Shown: positions 21,301 through 31,700, counted from the stretch's first letter. The stretch is 61,707 bases of DNA from Candidatus Heimdallarchaeota archaeon (GCA_016840095.1 JAEOSZ010000058.1:1-61707); one strand, 5' to 3'. Made by a program: numbers and translations. The notes: generated from the letters alone by a model not told the origin.

Positions 21301-22087
21301 AACAAAGGATGCACTTATTGAAGCAATAACAGCTGGAAATGATGCTGTTAATACTGATCTTAGTAATTTGGAGAAAACACTAACTGACTTATTCGATTCT
21401 TATCTAAGCTCTCTAACTGAGAAATTAGGTTCTATCCAAGAAGATTCTAAGGTTGTTGATGCAGAAAAAGATACTTACAGCTCAAAATTAATGAGATTCA
21501 AAGAAGATGTGATTAAAGGAACTCAACAAGAAGTTGAAAAAGTTGATACTAGTGTATCAGAAACTTTGAGTTCAATTCCAAATAAGATTAGCGGAGCATT
21601 AGATGCAACAGGAGAATCTATGAAATTGATCAAGAATGTTCTAACTCTTGGATCTGGTATAGAACCAAGTCCAATAGAGGATATGTGGATTGTTACTGGA
21701 AAAGAACAAGTAGATGGAACAATGATGTCTCTTTTAAGGAATACTAAATCCTCAGCTACTATTATATCTCCAAGAGTAAACTGGATAGATTCAGAGTTCA
21801 TTGATACTTTTGCAAGAAAACTAGAACTAGTTACTAATACAACAGCTCATACAGATGAAGACAAAGCCATTCTTGGTAAATTGCTTGGAATGGGAAACGT
21901 AGTAGTAAAAGATGATCCTAACCTTACCGTAATGATGGCTACAAGAGATGGTATTGAAGAAGGTTTCTTAGGTCATAAAGCTCCCAGTGGGGAACCTCTA
22001 CTCATTGTTACGTTTAATGAAGAGATGGTAAGGGAAATAACTAAGATTTACTATGATTTCAGAAGTAGAGCACCTATAAGACAATAA
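18305..22087 (+). CDS. TrmB-like HTH + about 1000-aa hendecad rod + TrmB/PLD-like C-terminal domain
   Basis: N-terminus LDKIGLSKDEVQVY...LNSLVSKGYI...YFIPLPP (TrmB HTH); C-terminus WIVTGKE...SATIISP...RDGIEEG (TrmB effector/PLD-like fold, no HKD motif). Confidence 0.75.
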   Translation: MNKMEGTLDKIGLSKDEVQVYSTIVQYGYRTIGQIQTYYKQPVDTLRGALNSLVSKGYIREIKAKNQEGTPYFIPLPPQIKLTEDVSIRLENELKALSDDVKEDWNKTMSNFRSQLSAFHDKITENVDGHASEVALITNNFLESLTNVVSTGKSETAEMFNRLKTETSNISATNSDAIGKTAQRVKENVLNSFDSTIHKIGEHHEAFKIKVEERLGFLQKEHDDRTQLQLDAVLEKVEGIKESLSVQLQEFTVAAEERKNVIVKITDEASKKALADSNVVARDSSKKLSDTVNKIVGNYETKLDEYQERVQQILISLNDELKKLEEATTDRIRTSIDKSKETAVTILKENENQFVDLLNKTKVDSVEKLGDLITQTEAKTEEMKVKLSNHLTSYLKDFKKNSDNLLSLLNSGIENGFNLFEENLSSSIENVSAQIKLFVDDIMSAFKESTNSYLEKLSKTTNKYEKDLKTKQETFTAAHNEFKNSFTSHINELKSTVVSNIEQNVKENDESIKSKVSEIETKFKTEVEIFSDDFAKRGRDVRDEVPNVVQINYQASLERLKELDDQLKSAIAKIEVINQAFQGLDEKQLQKVFGKDEGPRMAQLIGSMRRDIELVKDNVGNKMDEMIQTFTSSMNTLSTEIFEKMNARLEELTRFTSNTLQTTEQSLESSRTQISTQFKTSLDEMKKSVEDTYSTYEEQFNELQGTSTKALADVVGAESKAFSDVTKSIRESLEELLKPPDSTEGEENQTQIHLTIQDGLNALQTTKQDILELMKKNNVEVTTNLQDTLKTNIDEHSQLVTKTTSSMDGTMKSLQGEFESAKKALDTDVSVTLDEAAQNYSVQTSKVETEINDLIEQEVQQFIEGTEGVLAELNVSPEKSSQLDEALAVTKGELQTLSADYPKWVKTDSDSFTNKLGSAIKEFQGTAQTEIDTMFTGVQNDLEKSYERMSTDFTNNVTEIQNEFEKEKNDYELNMTHQVNSFITNSDSNSSALVTNIQGTKDALIEAITAGNDAVNTDLSNLEKTLTDLFDSYLSSLTEKLGSIQEDSKVVDAEKDTYSSKLMRFKEDVIKGTQQEVEKVDTSVSETLSSIPNKISGALDATGESMKLIKNVLTLGSGIEPSPIEDMWIVTGKEQVDGTMMSLLRNTKSSATIISPRVNWIDSEFIDTFARKLELVTNTTAHTDEDKAILGKLLGMGNVVVKDDPNLTVMMATRDGIEEGFLGHKAPSGEPLLIVTFNEEMVREITKIYYDFRSRAPIRQ

Positions 22088-22090
22088 TTA

Positions 22091-22121
22091 TTTTCTTTTC
22101 TCTTTTCTTTTCTTTTCTTTT
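22091..22121 (+). terminator. (TTTTC)n pyrimidine tract, putative operon terminator
   Basis: About 6 TTTTC units immediately after the stop of the 1260-aa gene. Confidence 0.55.
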
Positions 22122-22190
22122 GTTTATTAACGAGGGCACTTCTGTAAGATTTTTATTTATCAATGACAGATGTCTATATCAAAGGCGTAG

Positions 22191-22562
22191 ATGCTGATGT
22201 GGATAATGCAACCTTGTCCGATGCATAGAGAGATCGAATATGCGACTTATTGTATTCTAGAAGACGAGCTAGAAATGATTTTACTTATCTCTTTTTATGA
22301 TCCAGATGAGCTTCTATCTGCAGATTTGGATGAATTTGCAAACCCTACTTTTTGTCTAAATGCTGTTAAAGTAGATGAAGATGGCTTTATCTTCTGCCCA
22401 ACAAAGAAGAAAAGAATTGAAATCAGAGATAGACCAATACCACAAAAAGTCTATGAAAATACTAGAGAAACTTTGCTTTTCATGGATCCTGATGCCAAAG
22501 AATGTTCAGATTGCTTATACAAAGCTTTAGTTGCTTTGATAAAAAGCTTAGATGAGATGTAA
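22191..22562 (+). CDS. Cys-rich hypothetical protein
   Basis: 123-aa ORF with CPMH, YC, FC, FCP and CSDC; possibly metal-binding. Confidence 0.6.
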   Translation: MLMWIMQPCPMHREIEYATYCILEDELEMILLISFYDPDELLSADLDEFANPTFCLNAVKVDEDGFIFCPTKKKRIEIRDRPIPQKVYENTRETLLFMDPDAKECSDCLYKALVALIKSLDEM

Positions 22563-22570
22563 TTACATCT

Positions 22571-23584
22571 TTATATTTCTAAAGTTGAGATGTATTTCGC
22601 TAAATCAACCATTCTGTTTGAGTATCCACTTTCATTATCATACCAGGCTATAATTTTAGCTTGATTTCCTATGCATTGAGTAAGAGCTAAATCAACAGTT
22701 GCAGAATACTTGCTACCATTATAATCAATGGAAACGAGAGGTTCATCTGAGACTGCAATTATATTTTTTAAGTCACCCTTAGATACTTCAGTAAACCTTC
22801 CATTAATTTCCTCTGCAGTTACTTCTTTTTCAAACGTATAAATGGCATCTACTAAGGAAACATTGGGTGTTGGAACTCTTACTGACATAGCTTTGAGTTT
22901 TCCCGCAAGATGTGGTAAAACTTTACCAACAGCTCTAGCAGCACCAGTGGATGTAGGAATCATTGATAATGCAGCAGCTCTTCCCCTGCGAAGATCACTG
23001 TGAGGTAAGTCTAGTATTCTTTGATCTGTTGTATACGAATGAATTGTTGTCATGAAACCAGATTGAATCTTAAAAGCATCATCAAGCACCTTAGTAACAG
23101 GTGCGTAACAGTTTGTAGTACAACTAGCATTAGTTATGATTCTATTAATTTTTGGGTCATAATTTTTTTCATTTACACCTAACACAAAAGGTGGAATAGG
23201 TTTTTCTTTTCCCTTATCTGGTGCAGAAATAATAACTCTCTTAACTCCTCTCTCTAAGTGTTTTGAAGCTAACTCATATGTTCTGAAGATTCCAGTACAT
23301 TCAAATACATAATCCACATTCCAGTCATCCCATGGAATGTTTGCAGGATCTCTTTCCTTTGAAATAGGGATTTCCTTAGTTCCTATAATAAGTGAATTTT
23401 CTGTAAAATCAACTTGATATTCAGCTTTTCCATGAACACTATCATACTTTAAAAGATGAGCCAAAGTAGCTGGGTCCGTTATATCGTTAATACCAACAAA
23501 TTCGATATCATCTGATTCAAATCCGGCATTGAATACTCCTCTTCCAATTCTCCCGAAACCATTAATACCTATACGAATTGTCAT
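22571..23584 (-). CDS. gap: Type I (bacterial/eukaryotic class) glyceraldehyde-3-phosphate dehydrogenase
   Basis: GINGFGRIGR, KYDSVHG, NASCTTNC, PTSTGAA, RVPTPNVS, WYDNE. Confidence 0.96.
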   Translation of the reverse strand: MTIRIGINGFGRIGRGVFNAGFESDDIEFVGINDITDPATLAHLLKYDSVHGKAEYQVDFTENSLIIGTKEIPISKERDPANIPWDDWNVDYVFECTGIFRTYELASKHLERGVKRVIISAPDKGKEKPIPPFVLGVNEKNYDPKINRIITNASCTTNCYAPVTKVLDDAFKIQSGFMTTIHSYTTDQRILDLPHSDLRRGRAAALSMIPTSTGAARAVGKVLPHLAGKLKAMSVRVPTPNVSLVDAIYTFEKEVTAEEINGRFTEVSKGDLKNIIAVSDEPLVSIDYNGSKYSATVDLALTQCIGNQAKIIAWYDNESGYSNRMVDLAKYISTLEI

Positions 23585-23692
23585 ATAATCACCAATATGT
23601 GCAATTTAATAAAAACTAGGTTTTAAAGATTCTGCATAATTTTAAAATAAATGAAGATAGAAAAAGAAGTTAGAAGGATAAAACCTTCAAGT

Positions 23693-24685
23693 TTATTGTT
23701 CTGCTTGCTCAGTTGAAGGTGAAGAAGATACACCATTTACTAATGTAAAGAACCAAGTTGAGAAAACACCTATTCCAGCAAATATAATTGTACCTAAAAT
23801 TGCTGCATATCTAAGAATAGCATTTTCATCCCAGTTTTCTAAGACAATGCTTTGTTGGATAATTATAAAGATTGCAAAAATCCCCAGTCCTATAGTAACT
23901 AATGTTAGTAATAAGAAATTTGTCCAGAAGAAGTTCTTAGATCTTGTATCAATGTATTTCTGTCCATAAATATATTTTAGAACAAATGCTTTTATCGATT
24001 GACTCGTCTTCTTGATAGTATCTTTGATTTTGGCTTTTACTTTCCTGAACCATATAATCAACTTACCTTTCTTAATCATATTGTAAGTAAGTATGATTAG
24101 TCCTGTACCAACAATAATTACTGCAATTAGTACTAAAGTACCTTGCCATTGGTGATCTTTGAAGTAGTCAGATAGAGGTCTGCCAATCATATCTACTAAG
24201 AAAGTTACAAAAATTATTTGTAGTAACCAATAAATTCCGTATGCAATATCAACAATAACACTCCAAACTCCTTGCCAGAAACTTGGATCAGTTATTTCTT
24301 CTACTTGACCAATAACATCAAAGTAGAATAGCAAATAGAAGAGAAAAACACTCAAGCCAAACATTAGGAAAAGTGCAGGAATTTGTGAAAGAAAATCTCT
24401 ATCTTCATCAGTTAGCATCCCTTTACTTCTGTGTCTAAGGAATTTGAATCCTTTGACGAAAAGAACTCCAGTATACCAAAATGGGAATAAAAGATACTTC
24501 AAGATGAATTTAATAATTTTCCAAATTACTTTGAGAAAAACTAGTAATACTTTCTTGATCGGATTCCAAACATCGGACCACCCAAATTCAGTCTCTCTAG
24601 TTTTTTTCTGTTTTCTTATTTTTTTCTCTTTTTTTTGTTTTTGAGGTTCAATTTCTTCATCCATTTCCATGGCTTTGTCACTCAT
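23693..24685 (-). CDS. Multi-pass membrane protein of unknown function
   Basis: Lys-rich N-terminus, an amphipathic segment and about 5 TM helices. Confidence 0.65.
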   Translation of the reverse strand: MSDKAMEMDEEIEPQKQKKEKKIRKQKKTRETEFGWSDVWNPIKKVLLVFLKVIWKIIKFILKYLLFPFWYTGVLFVKGFKFLRHRSKGMLTDEDRDFLSQIPALFLMFGLSVFLFYLLFYFDVIGQVEEITDPSFWQGVWSVIVDIAYGIYWLLQIIFVTFLVDMIGRPLSDYFKDHQWQGTLVLIAVIIVGTGLIILTYNMIKKGKLIIWFRKVKAKIKDTIKKTSQSIKAFVLKYIYGQKYIDTRSKNFFWTNFLLLTLVTIGLGIFAIFIIIQQSIVLENWDENAILRYAAILGTIIFAGIGVFSTWFFTLVNGVSSSPSTEQAEQ

Positions 24686-24791
24686 AACTGTTTATTATTA
24701 TATCTTCTATTAAATTTTTTTGGGTTCTCCAACCATTTTTTGCAAATACAAAGGTTTTATAGATAAACTTGAGGATAATATGTTGAAGAGT

Positions 24792-25799
24792 ATGAATAAG
24801 AAACAGATATTACCAATACTAACATTGTTTATACTTGTTAGTATTAGTTTACAACCTACACATAATAATGTAAAAGCAGAATTTCAAAAAGGATCTATTG
24901 AAAATCTTGAAGATTGGTTTACAACTACAAATTTAGTTAATTTTACACAAGATTATAGAATCAACATTTTCTTTAATATCGCAAATGATACTCTAGGATA
25001 TGCTTTAGCTCCAAGATTATCCTTCCACACAAACATGAATCTTCCACTGAATTTTACTTCATACTTAAACAATGACATTCAAGAAGGGTCAACAAAATTC
25101 GGTTTACAAATAGGAAGTAGTTCAGGTAATTTCACACTTGGTTTGAATGGAACAATAATTGTTGTTACTCCAAGTACAGGACCAATTTACATTAATGTAA
25201 CAGAAGGTGAGAGTGAAACTTTCGCAAATTTTGAAACATTATTAGGTGAAAATCTCACAATTCCAGTAAATTTCAATCCAGTTTCATTTGCACTAAATGA
25301 TATCAATATCCCAGAATTCCCTGAGATTGAAACAGTTGGTGTAGAACTTGCTCCTTATTTCTTGTTAGAAGGAACTATTAGCTTAAAAGCTGTTGTACTT
25401 GGTGAAGAACTAACTTGGACAAATCCTGATGATATCTACTTTACTGATGTTCTTGTAGATGATGAGAATGATTTGTTTAATACTTTAATTAGTAATATTA
25501 CACTTGATTTTACAGATGTAAAATTGAAATTTATTGGTCTGGAAGCAGCTATATTTTACGATACTCCAATAGGAACCATTATCCAGAACTTTGAATTTGA
25601 CTTCAGTTCTATTGAATGGGTAGAAGGTGAACAATCTCTTGGAGAAGTATTCATCTTTCTAGTTGATAGCTTATTTGTTATCCCAGATTTCGAAGTTTAT
25701 GTTTCAATTGTTAGAACACCTTTCTCGATTTTGGCTATATTGTCAGCTATAAGTACACTATCTGTTTTAGTATTTGTTAGAAAAAGAAGAAGTTCTTAA
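24792..25799 (+). CDS. Secreted beta-rich surface protein with TPF C-terminal anchor
   Basis: Signal peptide MNKKQILPILTLF (ORF track starts at 24720), several NxT/S sequons, C-terminus RTPFSILAIL...RKRRSS. Confidence 0.7.
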   Translation: MNKKQILPILTLFILVSISLQPTHNNVKAEFQKGSIENLEDWFTTTNLVNFTQDYRINIFFNIANDTLGYALAPRLSFHTNMNLPLNFTSYLNNDIQEGSTKFGLQIGSSSGNFTLGLNGTIIVVTPSTGPIYINVTEGESETFANFETLLGENLTIPVNFNPVSFALNDINIPEFPEIETVGVELAPYFLLEGTISLKAVVLGEELTWTNPDDIYFTDVLVDDENDLFNTLISNITLDFTDVKLKFIGLEAAIFYDTPIGTIIQNFEFDFSSIEWVEGEQSLGEVFIFLVDSLFVIPDFEVYVSIVRTPFSILAILSAISTLSVLVFVRKRRSS

Positions 25800-25862
25800 C
25801 TAATCTTCTTTTATCTAAAATTTTAAAAGCCTACACGGCATTCAGAAAAATGAAAGTGGTGG

Positions 25863-27101
25863 TTGCATATGCCTAAAAATGTCAAAGATTTGACGAAATT
25901 TTATTTAGAACTAGATAAAAGATGGACAGCTCATAATTATAAACCGATTCAAGTTGTCATTGAGAAAGCAAAAGGAATCTGGGTTTGGGATGTTAACGGT
26001 AAGAAGTACATGGATTGTTTAAGTGCATATTCCAGTCAGAATTTTGGTCACAACAATCCTAAGCTTGTAAAAGCTCTCAAGAAGCAAGCAGATAAAGTTA
26101 TTCTGACTTCTAGAGCTTTCTGCAATGATGCAATGGGAAAAGCTGCAAAGAAACTTTGCGAACTTACAGGTTATGAAGTTTTCCTTCCAATGAATACAGG
26201 CGCTGAAGCCGTAGAATCAGCACTCAAAATAGCTAGAAAATGGGGATATGAAAAGAAGGGAGTTGACGAAAATAAAGCAGAGATTATTGTTTGTGAAAAT
26301 AATTTTCATGGAAGAACTATCACAATAGTAGGATTTTCAACTGATCCAGATGCATATGAAGGTTTTGGACCAAAAACACCTGGTTTCAAAGTTATCCCTT
26401 ATGGTGATGCACAAGCACTCGAAAAGGCAATAAACAAAAACACAGTAGCATTTATGTTTGAACCAATTCAAGGAGAAGCAGGTGTTTTAATTCCACCAGA
26501 TGGTTATCTGAAAGAAATAGCTACAATTTGTAGGAAAAACAAAATTCTTACGATTGCAGATGAAATTCAAACTGGGTTCTATAGAACTGGACTTCTTTTT
26601 GCTTCTGGTCATGAAGCAATTAAACCAGATATGACTCTTGTTGCTAAAGCAGTTGGTGGAGGTGTTTTCCCAGTATCCGGAGTCTTGTCAAGTTGGGAAA
26701 TCATGGATGTACTTACACCTGGAACTCATGGTTCTACTTGGGGTGGTAACAGCTTAGGGATGGCAGTTTTGGAAGCGGTGTGTGATTTAGTTAAGGAAGC
26801 TAATTTTGGAGAAATATCCACCGAACTGGGTAAATTCTTTGTTGATGGTTTGAAGAGAATTCAAGAAAAATTCCCTAAAAAGATCAAAGAAGTTAGAGGA
26901 AAAGGATTATTGGTTGCTATAGAATTATTTGATAAAGCAAGACCTTACACTGAAGCAATGAAAAACCACAAACCAGTTGGTCTTCTTGCAAAAGAAACAC
27001 ATGAATTTTCCATAAGATTTGCCCCTCCATTAGTTGTTACAAAAGCAGATTTATCATGGGCTTTAGAAGTTATTGAAGAAGTTTTTGATGAAGTAAATTA
27101 G
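25863..27101 (+). CDS. rocD: Ornithine--oxo-acid aminotransferase (class III PLP)
   Basis: AHNY, DCLSAYS, PMNTGAEAVE, FHGRT, EPIQGEAG, DEIQTG, PLP Lys in AKA, HGSTWGGN. Confidence 0.9.
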   Translation: MHMPKNVKDLTKFYLELDKRWTAHNYKPIQVVIEKAKGIWVWDVNGKKYMDCLSAYSSQNFGHNNPKLVKALKKQADKVILTSRAFCNDAMGKAAKKLCELTGYEVFLPMNTGAEAVESALKIARKWGYEKKGVDENKAEIIVCENNFHGRTITIVGFSTDPDAYEGFGPKTPGFKVIPYGDAQALEKAINKNTVAFMFEPIQGEAGVLIPPDGYLKEIATICRKNKILTIADEIQTGFYRTGLLFASGHEAIKPDMTLVAKAVGGGVFPVSGVLSSWEIMDVLTPGTHGSTWGGNSLGMAVLEAVCDLVKEANFGEISTELGKFFVDGLKRIQEKFPKKIKEVRGKGLLVAIELFDKARPYTEAMKNHKPVGLLAKETHEFSIRFAPPLVVTKADLSWALEVIEEVFDEVN

Positions 27102-27105
27102 AACT

Positions 27106-27342
27106 TCATCCGACATTTTTCTCATCAAAGTAGAAATCAGCTTCAGAATAATCATAATCATTCTTTTTTAGTATTTGATAAGCTCTTTCAATAGATGTTG
27201 TGAATATTTTTCTGTTTGGTTCTTTGTATATCCTAACCTGAAATATCGATTTGTTAATTGAGATGATCTCACCATTCTTATGAAGCAAAACTACTTCTTT
27301 CTCAGTCTGCTCATTTGATGGCAGAATTTGGTGACTATGCAT
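27106..27342 (-). CDS. Small hypothetical protein
   Basis: 78-aa ORF filling the gap between convergent genes. Confidence 0.5.
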   Translation of the reverse strand: MHSHQILPSNEQTEKEVVLLHKNGEIISINKSIFQVRIYKEPNRKIFTTSIERAYQILKKNDYDYSEADFYFDEKNVG

Positions 27343-27440
27343 GATATGATGTCTTGTTTAGGATATTTAAACCCAGAAAGGAAAATACTGAAGATTAGTT
27401 TCAGTTAGGTTAAAAGAAAAAATGAGAATAGAAGGAAGAA

Positions 27441-28670
27441 TCATACCAGGATTGCAATATCTTCAAACAGAATTATGAACACAAGTGTTTGAAGCACAAG
27501 TATCATTATAGCCTCAAACGTGTCAAACCTTCCATCGTGGATACAACGTTTAACAAACCAAAGCGTTCCCGCGATTGATCCTAGCTGAATTAATACAAAT
27601 GGATGCAGAGTAATAGAAACAATTATTCCAATGATTCCAAAGATAAGTAACGAAGATTGCAATATCCCACCCATTGCATTTCCAATTCCTACCTCTATCT
27701 CATCTTTTAAAGCAGATATTATTGCAATACTATGTTCTGGAATAGCACCTGCAGCTCCTAATATCAAAGCAGCTGTTATAGGACCTTTTGATGTAGCAAA
27801 GAAAGGTACATTGCCAATTAAGTGTTGAACACTTTCTGTTAGTGTTTCTCCTCCAAAATATATTCCAACAAATCCCATAACTAAAAGAATAAGTGTAATT
27901 GGTATTGAAAGACGTTCATCTCCATGAGAAGATTTCTCATCATGAACTTCATTCTCTTCAATTTTATCACTTATAACAGAATCTTCATTTTCTTCTAAAT
28001 GCTTAGCCATTTTGTTAGTATTATCTTTTACAAAAATTAAATAAACAAGATAAAATACATAACTTGCTGCAAGCATCGCTGCTACCGGTATCGTAAGTTG
28101 TGCCATATCTAGATCATCTTTACCGAAGTAAGCATACTGGATAAATCCGAATAGTACTGTCATGAGTAAAGCTACTATTGCCCATCTGATAATTGGCGAT
28201 TCCCTTTTTTCAAGATCTGAGGGAACATCAATACTTCCTCGTTTTCTTAGAGTTGCTATTAGAATCGCAATTCCCAAAATCAAAGTATTAAATCCAGCTG
28301 CTGATAATACTGTAACTACTGCAATAAGTTGATTTGTTGCTTTATCACCTACTTTAGATGTCAATAACATTATTGCAATTACTGCTTCTGGTAGGTTAGA
28401 TGCAAGGCTAGATAAGATTCCTGCTACATAATCTGATAATCCTACATATTTAGATCCACTATCTAATCCAGTAACAGCCCATTCTGAAGGTCTAAAAGCC
28501 AGCCAACCACCGACAACAAAACCACAAATAGTAAACCATAAAGGCGGATGACCATGATAGATTGTATTTGCTAGAACAAAATAAACAATAATCACAGCTA
28601 AAGCAACACAGGCTTCATAGATTGTTATATGAAAAGTATGTCTGAATTTCTTGAAAAAACTCATACTCAA
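27441..28670 (-). CDS. CaCA-family cation (Na+ or H+/Ca2+) antiporter
   Basis: Alpha-1 SNLPEA and alpha-2 GAIPEH repeats, acidic central loop, about 10-11 TM helices. Confidence 0.85.
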   Translation of the reverse strand: MSMSFFKKFRHTFHITIYEACVALAVIIVYFVLANTIYHGHPPLWFTICGFVVGGWLAFRPSEWAVTGLDSGSKYVGLSDYVAGILSSLASNLPEAVIAIMLLTSKVGDKATNQLIAVVTVLSAAGFNTLILGIAILIATLRKRGSIDVPSDLEKRESPIIRWAIVALLMTVLFGFIQYAYFGKDDLDMAQLTIPVAAMLAASYVFYLVYLIFVKDNTNKMAKHLEENEDSVISDKIEENEVHDEKSSHGDERLSIPITLILLVMGFVGIYFGGETLTESVQHLIGNVPFFATSKGPITAALILGAAGAIPEHSIAIISALKDEIEVGIGNAMGGILQSSLLIFGIIGIIVSITLHPFVLIQLGSIAGTLWFVKRCIHDGRFDTFEAIMILVLQTLVFIILFEDIAILV

Positions 28671-28732
28671 AATTTATCTCGAGTAATATATAAATTGTTG
28701 GGAGCTTATTTTGGATAGCAGAATCCAATACT

Positions 28733-31700
28733 TCATTCTTCTATTTGTTCATCTTCATCTATGTCTGAGCCCATTTCAGAATTTTCTAATGATTCAATTT
28801 CAGACCTAAGGATCTGTCTTACTTCCTCTGTTTCGAGATAACTTTCTGATATCTTCTGTGTGATTTCTTCTATTTTCTTTGCCTCTTCAATTATTATTGA
28901 GGAATGCATTGTTTCAGAAAGTTCGGCATATCCCATTACACTCATGAGAGGATTTCTGATTCTGTCAACCAATTCTGCAAAGTCTTCAATATTTTGAGCA
29001 ATTTGATCATAAGCTTGTCTTCTTAATTCTTCGTCTCTCTTTCTATCAGAAATATCTCTTGCTGTTACTAAAAGAGTTAATTCTTCTTGAAGAGTAAATG
29101 GTGATGCTGTAATTTCAACTGGGAAAAGTGTCCCATCTTTTCGAATGAACTCTCTTTCAAATCTTATAATATATTTTTCCATAATTTCAGAGAAATAATC
29201 AATTATTTCTTCTTCAGTTAAATCCTTTACAAGATCTAGTAGACTTAAACCAACTATATCTTCTCTGGAGTACTTTGTCATTTCTATTGCTGGATCGTTT
29301 GCTTCAATAATTCTACCTATAGTTCCATTTCTTGGGATGCTCAAGATTGCTATGATATCATTTGCCTCATGGAAGAGTTTTCGATATCTTTCTTCACTTT
29401 CCAGTAATTCTCTTTCAGCATCTTTTCGTTCAGTAATATCCCTTGCTACTGATAGAACAACTCTTTCTCCCCTTAATTCAAATACATGAGAGCTGATTTC
29501 TGTAGGAATTCTATCTCCATTCTTTGTAAGAAGAGTATTTTCGAAAGTTACCAAACCTTTTTCTAGAATCTGTTGGATATTTTTAGTAAGTATTTCCCTA
29601 TCTTCAGGAGCTGTTATTTGATAGGATTTTAGTGTTAATAGCTCTTCTCTCTCATATCCAAGAAGTTTACATGCAATATCATTAACTTCAAAGAAAGGGG
29701 TAGTACTAGTAAATTCATCATTAGGGTGTGTAAGGAAAATAGCATCATTTGTATTATTGAAAATTTGTCTGTATTGTTCTTCCTTTTCAATAAGTTCTCT
29801 TTCTGCTTCTTTCCTGTCAGTAATATCTCTTATAATTCCCTGAACAACTTGTACTCCTCCTATCTCAAACATACTGGAGGATACGTCTGCAGGGAAGATA
29901 GATCCATCTTTTCTCCTGAATTTAGTCTCGAAGTTAACTGATCCTGTCTCTTCGACAGTTTCAAATGCTCTTTTCGATATTTCTTGTTCTGTGATAGGGT
30001 GTAATTGAGTAATTGTAAGTTGTAGGAATTCTGTTTTTGAATAACCAAAGAGTTCTTTAACTCTCAAATTTACATCTAAAATCTGCCCTTTTAAATCATG
30101 TAAAAAGATTCCATCATTAGATTGATCAAAGGTTTGTCTGAATTTCTCTTCACTTTCTTTTAATGCTGTTTCAGCTTTTTTCCTTTCTTCAATATCTCCA
30201 ATAACTGCCATAATGGCAGAAGGTTTTCCTTCTTCATCAGTAATTAAAGATGCACTTATTTCAATAGGGAATCTGCTTCCATCTTTTTTGAGAGATATGA
30301 ATTGAGTATTATGCAATCTTCCCTCAGTAATAACTAACTGAAGCTTACTATTTACAGATTCAAGATCTTCTCTAGCGATAAAATCTACAGTAGTTAAACC
30401 AATCATGTCTTCAATATTACCATATTCATACATACTTGCAGTTTGGTGATTAGCAAAGGAAATTCTACCATCTAAATCGATTAAAAGAATAGCATCTGGG
30501 GATGTTTCGATTAAGGTACGATATCTTTCCTCACTTTTCTTAATTGAAAGTTCTGCCTTCTTTCTCTCTGTAATATCTCTTGCAATTGAAAGAAGTACCC
30601 GCTCATCTTTCATTGTAAACAAATGAGAACTAAATTCAACTGGTCTAATGTTCCCATTTTTATCCACTATAGTGGTTTCGAAGGTCTTTGTTCCTGAATG
30701 AACAATATCATCACTCACTTCTAAGGTTAATTTTAGGTTACCATAACTATTTTGTGATTCTTTGGCTAGTTCTAGAAGTTCATTTCGAGTATGACCTAAC
30801 CATTGACAAGCTGTTTCATTTATTTCTAACAATTCATCAATTTCCTCATGTTCATTGATACTATGAATGAAAATTGCATCCCGAGCATTTTGGAATATTT
30901 GTCTGAATTTCTCCTCACTTTCTTTGAGAGCTTCTTCAGCTTTCTTTCTCTCAGTAATATCAATTTCAACACCTATAAATCCAAGAATACTTCCTTCTGA
31001 ATCTTTTATTGAAGCAGCATGGAATTCTCCTGGAATGAAAGATCCATCTTTTCGCTTTATTGAATACTCAATGTCATGGACGAATCCTTCTTCTATCGTT
31101 TTCAACATTATATGTTGAGCTGTAAACGTATCTTCATATGAAATAAGATCATTAGTATTCATTCCAAGTAACTGATCTTCACTCTCATAACCATGAAGAA
31201 TAGCAGCTCTTTTATTGACAAAAGTGATATTACCAGATGAGTCGGAACGAACAATTGCAGCAGGTATCGTTTCTACTAATTTTCTGTACTTTTCCTCACT
31301 TTCCATTAAATCTCTTTGAGCTTTTTTCCTTTCAGTTATGTCTCTAGCCATTGAAAGTATAACTTTTTGTGATTGCAATTCAAATATTAGGGAACTAATT
31401 TCTACTGGTAACCTCTTTCTATCTTTAGTAAACAGAATTGTTTCAAAAGTTGCATGACCTTTTTCTATGATTTTGTGTGTATATGTCGAATTGAATTCTT
31501 TCTCTTCAGGGGCTGTGATATCAACAGAGTAGCTATCAAGCAACTCTTTTTTTGAGAATCCTAACCATCTTACAGCTACATCATTTACCTCAATGAATTT
31601 ACTAACAGAGTTTTCCTCATCAAGATATGTGAGAAAAATAGCATCACTTGTATTGTTAAAAATCTGCCTAAATCTTTCTTCACTTCTAGTTAATTCTTCT

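Noticed and set aside
16843-22087. SMC/Rad50 or methyl-accepting chemotaxis annotation for the long helical proteins
   Set aside because: No Walker A/B or signature motif, no hinge or zinc hook, no MCP hairpin motif; the periodicity is hendecad rather than heptad.
21680-22087. Active PLD nuclease effector at the C-terminus of the 1260-aa protein
   Set aside because: The fold looks PLD/TrmB-like but there is no HxK(x4)D catalytic motif.
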